DNA from: Macrostomum lignano
Lineage: Eukaryota
Assembly: GCA_002269645.1 (NCBI GenBank)
Contig: NIVC01001261.1
Span: 1-64,000, forward strand
Length of the DNA stretch: 64,000 nucleotides
Direction of reading: 5' to 3'
Shown: one piece after another, positions 61,826 to 64,000 of the stretch
Position numbering within the stretch: position 1 is the stretch's first letter
Layout of the letters: every line of letters begins with the position of its first letter
Program-made: the position numbers and the translations under genes
The notes under the pieces: model-generated
The model's database searches: none
Told to the model about the DNA's origin: nothing
Seen by the model: only the letters and a program-made list of their open reading frames with translations

Positions 61826-62814
61826 CAGAAAGAGGTGTCAGTCCAGGTTTCTGCTTCTGGGTCTCCTTGGCTCCGCCTCGATGCCAGACACAGGAAGAGC
61901 TGGAAGAGACAAGTGGGAGGAGGGCAAGTGAGATGGGGAGCTGAGTTATAGCTGGGAGAATTTCTCTGTACCTATTCAGAATGAGAAATGAGCAGATCTG
62001 TAGAACTTGGGCAAGTAGGAAGTTGAAAGAGGAAAATAGTATGCAAAAAGTTGCTTTCAGAACTGGGGGAAATGGGGAGCCTTGAATGTTGGCAGGGTTC
62101 ATCGGAACCGCATTAATGACTCCCCCTGCTTATCTCTGCTAGCGATTTTCGAACCAAGCAGCAAGCCGCTACCAGCACAAGCGGCAATTAAAATGCTTTC
62201 AACATTGCTCTGGTTCTTTTTTGAAGTTCAGAAAAAGCTCTTGCAGATCTGCAGATGGAATTGGTAGATTCCATTTTTTTCAGAGCAGCTTCTGCAATGT
62301 TTGAAAAGAAACAAAAGCGGCACTTTTAGTGACAGCTCGGCTACACACTTCATGATCCCCTAAGAGGACTCTACTCCAGCCAGCATTGGCTCCACTTGAG
62401 GAGTGCCTGTCACAGTCCGCGGGCCCTGCAGCTTGAGCACACCAGCTGCCTATAGGCATACGGCATTCAAGTGTGTTTGCAGCACTGCTGGGCCTCGAGT
62501 GGTCTCTCGCACACTTCTCAGGAGAACTGCCCCCACTGTCTATCTCCATCCCGATTGCTGGGTGGCTCAATTACTTACCCTTGAATGCTCGCCCAGCTAA
62601 CTGTTGAATTGGCTCGCGCGAAGAATTTGCTATTATTGCTCAAGAATGTTTTGAAAATATTTGCCCAACTGGCATGCAGGCATAGCTGTGGATATTGCTG
62701 AGGCATCTGTGCCATTGTGGAGTTAAAATCGTGTACATATGCTACAGTAGTTTCTGTACACAATATCTTTATTAAATTCATCTGAATTGTATCCCTGCAT
62801 CTCTCCCTTCTCTT

Positions 62815-62995
62815 GCGATTTCTCTATCTGATTCTCTTCCTACTGTTCTCCCTACTTCTCTCTCAACTTCCCTCCCTAGTTCTCTCCCTAATTCTCTCCC
62901 TAATTCTCTCCCTACTTCCCTCCCTAATTCTCTCCCTAATTGTCTCCCTACTTCTCTCCCTACTTCTCTCCCTAATTCTCACCCTACTTCTTTCA
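62815..62995. repeat. 12-bp repeat (CCTAMTTCTCTC)n
   Basis: Visible directly. Confidence 0.85.
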
Positions 62996-63337
62996 ATCCC
63001 CACTCTACCACAAGTCTACCTGTCTTTAGCTTCTCTCATTATGCTCTTAGTATTTTTTCAAAAAACTTTCACTTTAAATTTTAGCGCTAAAAACCGACTT
63101 TAAAAAATTCAGCGGGAAATTCCATGCTAAAAAATGAACAGACCACAACTGCAGCTTTTAGCAAATAATCTCTTTCACACGCTTCGCATTTTTTCCACTT
63201 CCAGCAGCCAATTGCAATTTTCCCCGGCAACCGGGGTCAAGTCGGACCGGTCGCGGGACAAACAACAAGGTCGAGGACAAGGGGATTTCGGTGGCCTGTC
63301 TTTTCTTTGTCATACACAGGAGACAGCCATAACTGAT

Positions 63338-63380
63338 ATGGCCGAACGGTTCGCGCTGGCCCTGGCCTTGATTATCCTTG
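63338..63380 (+). CDS. Probable first coding exon (start of a signal peptide) of a downstream gene running off the window
   Basis: ATG at 63338, MAERFALALALIIL, then G|GTAAGT phase-1 donor. A pyrimidine-rich acceptor TTTTCTTTGTCATACACAG ends at 63319. Confidence 0.55.
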
Positions 63381-63654
63381 GTAAGTGAAGTGCTTGTCAT
63401 CTCTCCCCTCCTCTGCTTCTTCTTCATCACTAAAACTGATTACTGACAGGAAGGATGGAGAAGAGAAGCAGGCCCTAAGCCTAGGAGATCAGCTGCGGTC
63501 TTTACCTTCGTCTTGCTTGCTGGGATAATTGGATAATCTCATGTACCATTGATTAGAATTTAGATATGGAGTTTACCCCTAAGAACTTCTAGGTCATTTA
63601 TGAGGCTCTTCATAGCTATCTCTCAGAATTTTTGGTAATAAATGAGACTATCTT

Positions 63655-64000
63655 TTCGAATCATATGGGAGACTCTCTAGTCATGTATGAGACTATCCAG
63701 TCATCTATGAGACTCTCTAGTCATCTTTGAGACTATCCAGTCATCTATGAGACTCTCTAGTGATCTAGAATACTCTCTAGTCATCTTTGAGACTCTCTAG
63801 TCATTTATGAGGCTCTCTAATCATCTAGAAGACTCTCTAGTCATCTTTGAGACTCTCTAGTCATTTATGAGACTCTCTAATCATCTAGAAGTCTCTCTAG
63901 TCATCTTTGAGACTCTCTAGTCATCTTTGAGACTCTCTAATCATCTAGAAGACTCTCTAGTCATCTTTGAGACTCTCTAGTCATCTTTGAGACTCTCTAG
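63655..64000. repeat. 20-bp minisatellite (GAGACTCTCTAGTCATCTTT)n, truncated by the window edge
   Basis: Visible directly. Confidence 0.93.

Noticed and set aside
60472-62102. 325-517-aa Pro/Ser/Cys-rich and Gly/Arg-rich ORFs
   Set aside because: All frames cycle through the same 19-bp unit.
62575-62781. Minus-strand 68-aa ORF ending at a GTAAGT donor
   Set aside because: No recognisable product or partner exon; a single strong donor is expected by chance.

Overview
Eukaryotic (animal) DNA with GC-rich exons and GT-AG introns. About 20 kb (roughly 30%, from hand-set boundaries) is micro- and minisatellite; the style suggests a flatworm such as Macrostomum, but that is inference. Three genes can be assembled by hand. 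(1) An intronless class A peptide-type GPCR (+, 6491-7903). (2) A compact 5-exon TTLL10-like tubulin glycylase/ligase (-, 13580-11017, 687 aa) that has lost the HLTN motif and carries two inserts. (3) An 11-exon, 36.5-kb Echinoid/nephrin-type adhesion protein (+, 15883-52395, 1131 aa): signal peptide, 7 Ig, 2 FN3-like, TM and a tail ending KVIYEVVV; all splice phases join into one open frame. There is also a probable first coding exon of a further secreted or membrane gene at 63338, and a possible Crypton/DUF3504-like fragment at 965-1339. Non-coding structure includes a ~720-bp foldback element with a 99-bp near-perfect hairpin, a pair of inverted 10-bp satellite arrays around a 700-bp core, an intronic array of ~22 consensus splice donors, intron-private minisatellites apparently seeded at splice junctions, and G-quadruplex-type arrays. 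Most long ORFs in the track are translations of repeats. I found no CRISPR array, rRNA or intact tRNA, and I cannot claim a proven new system; the best leads are listed as findings.
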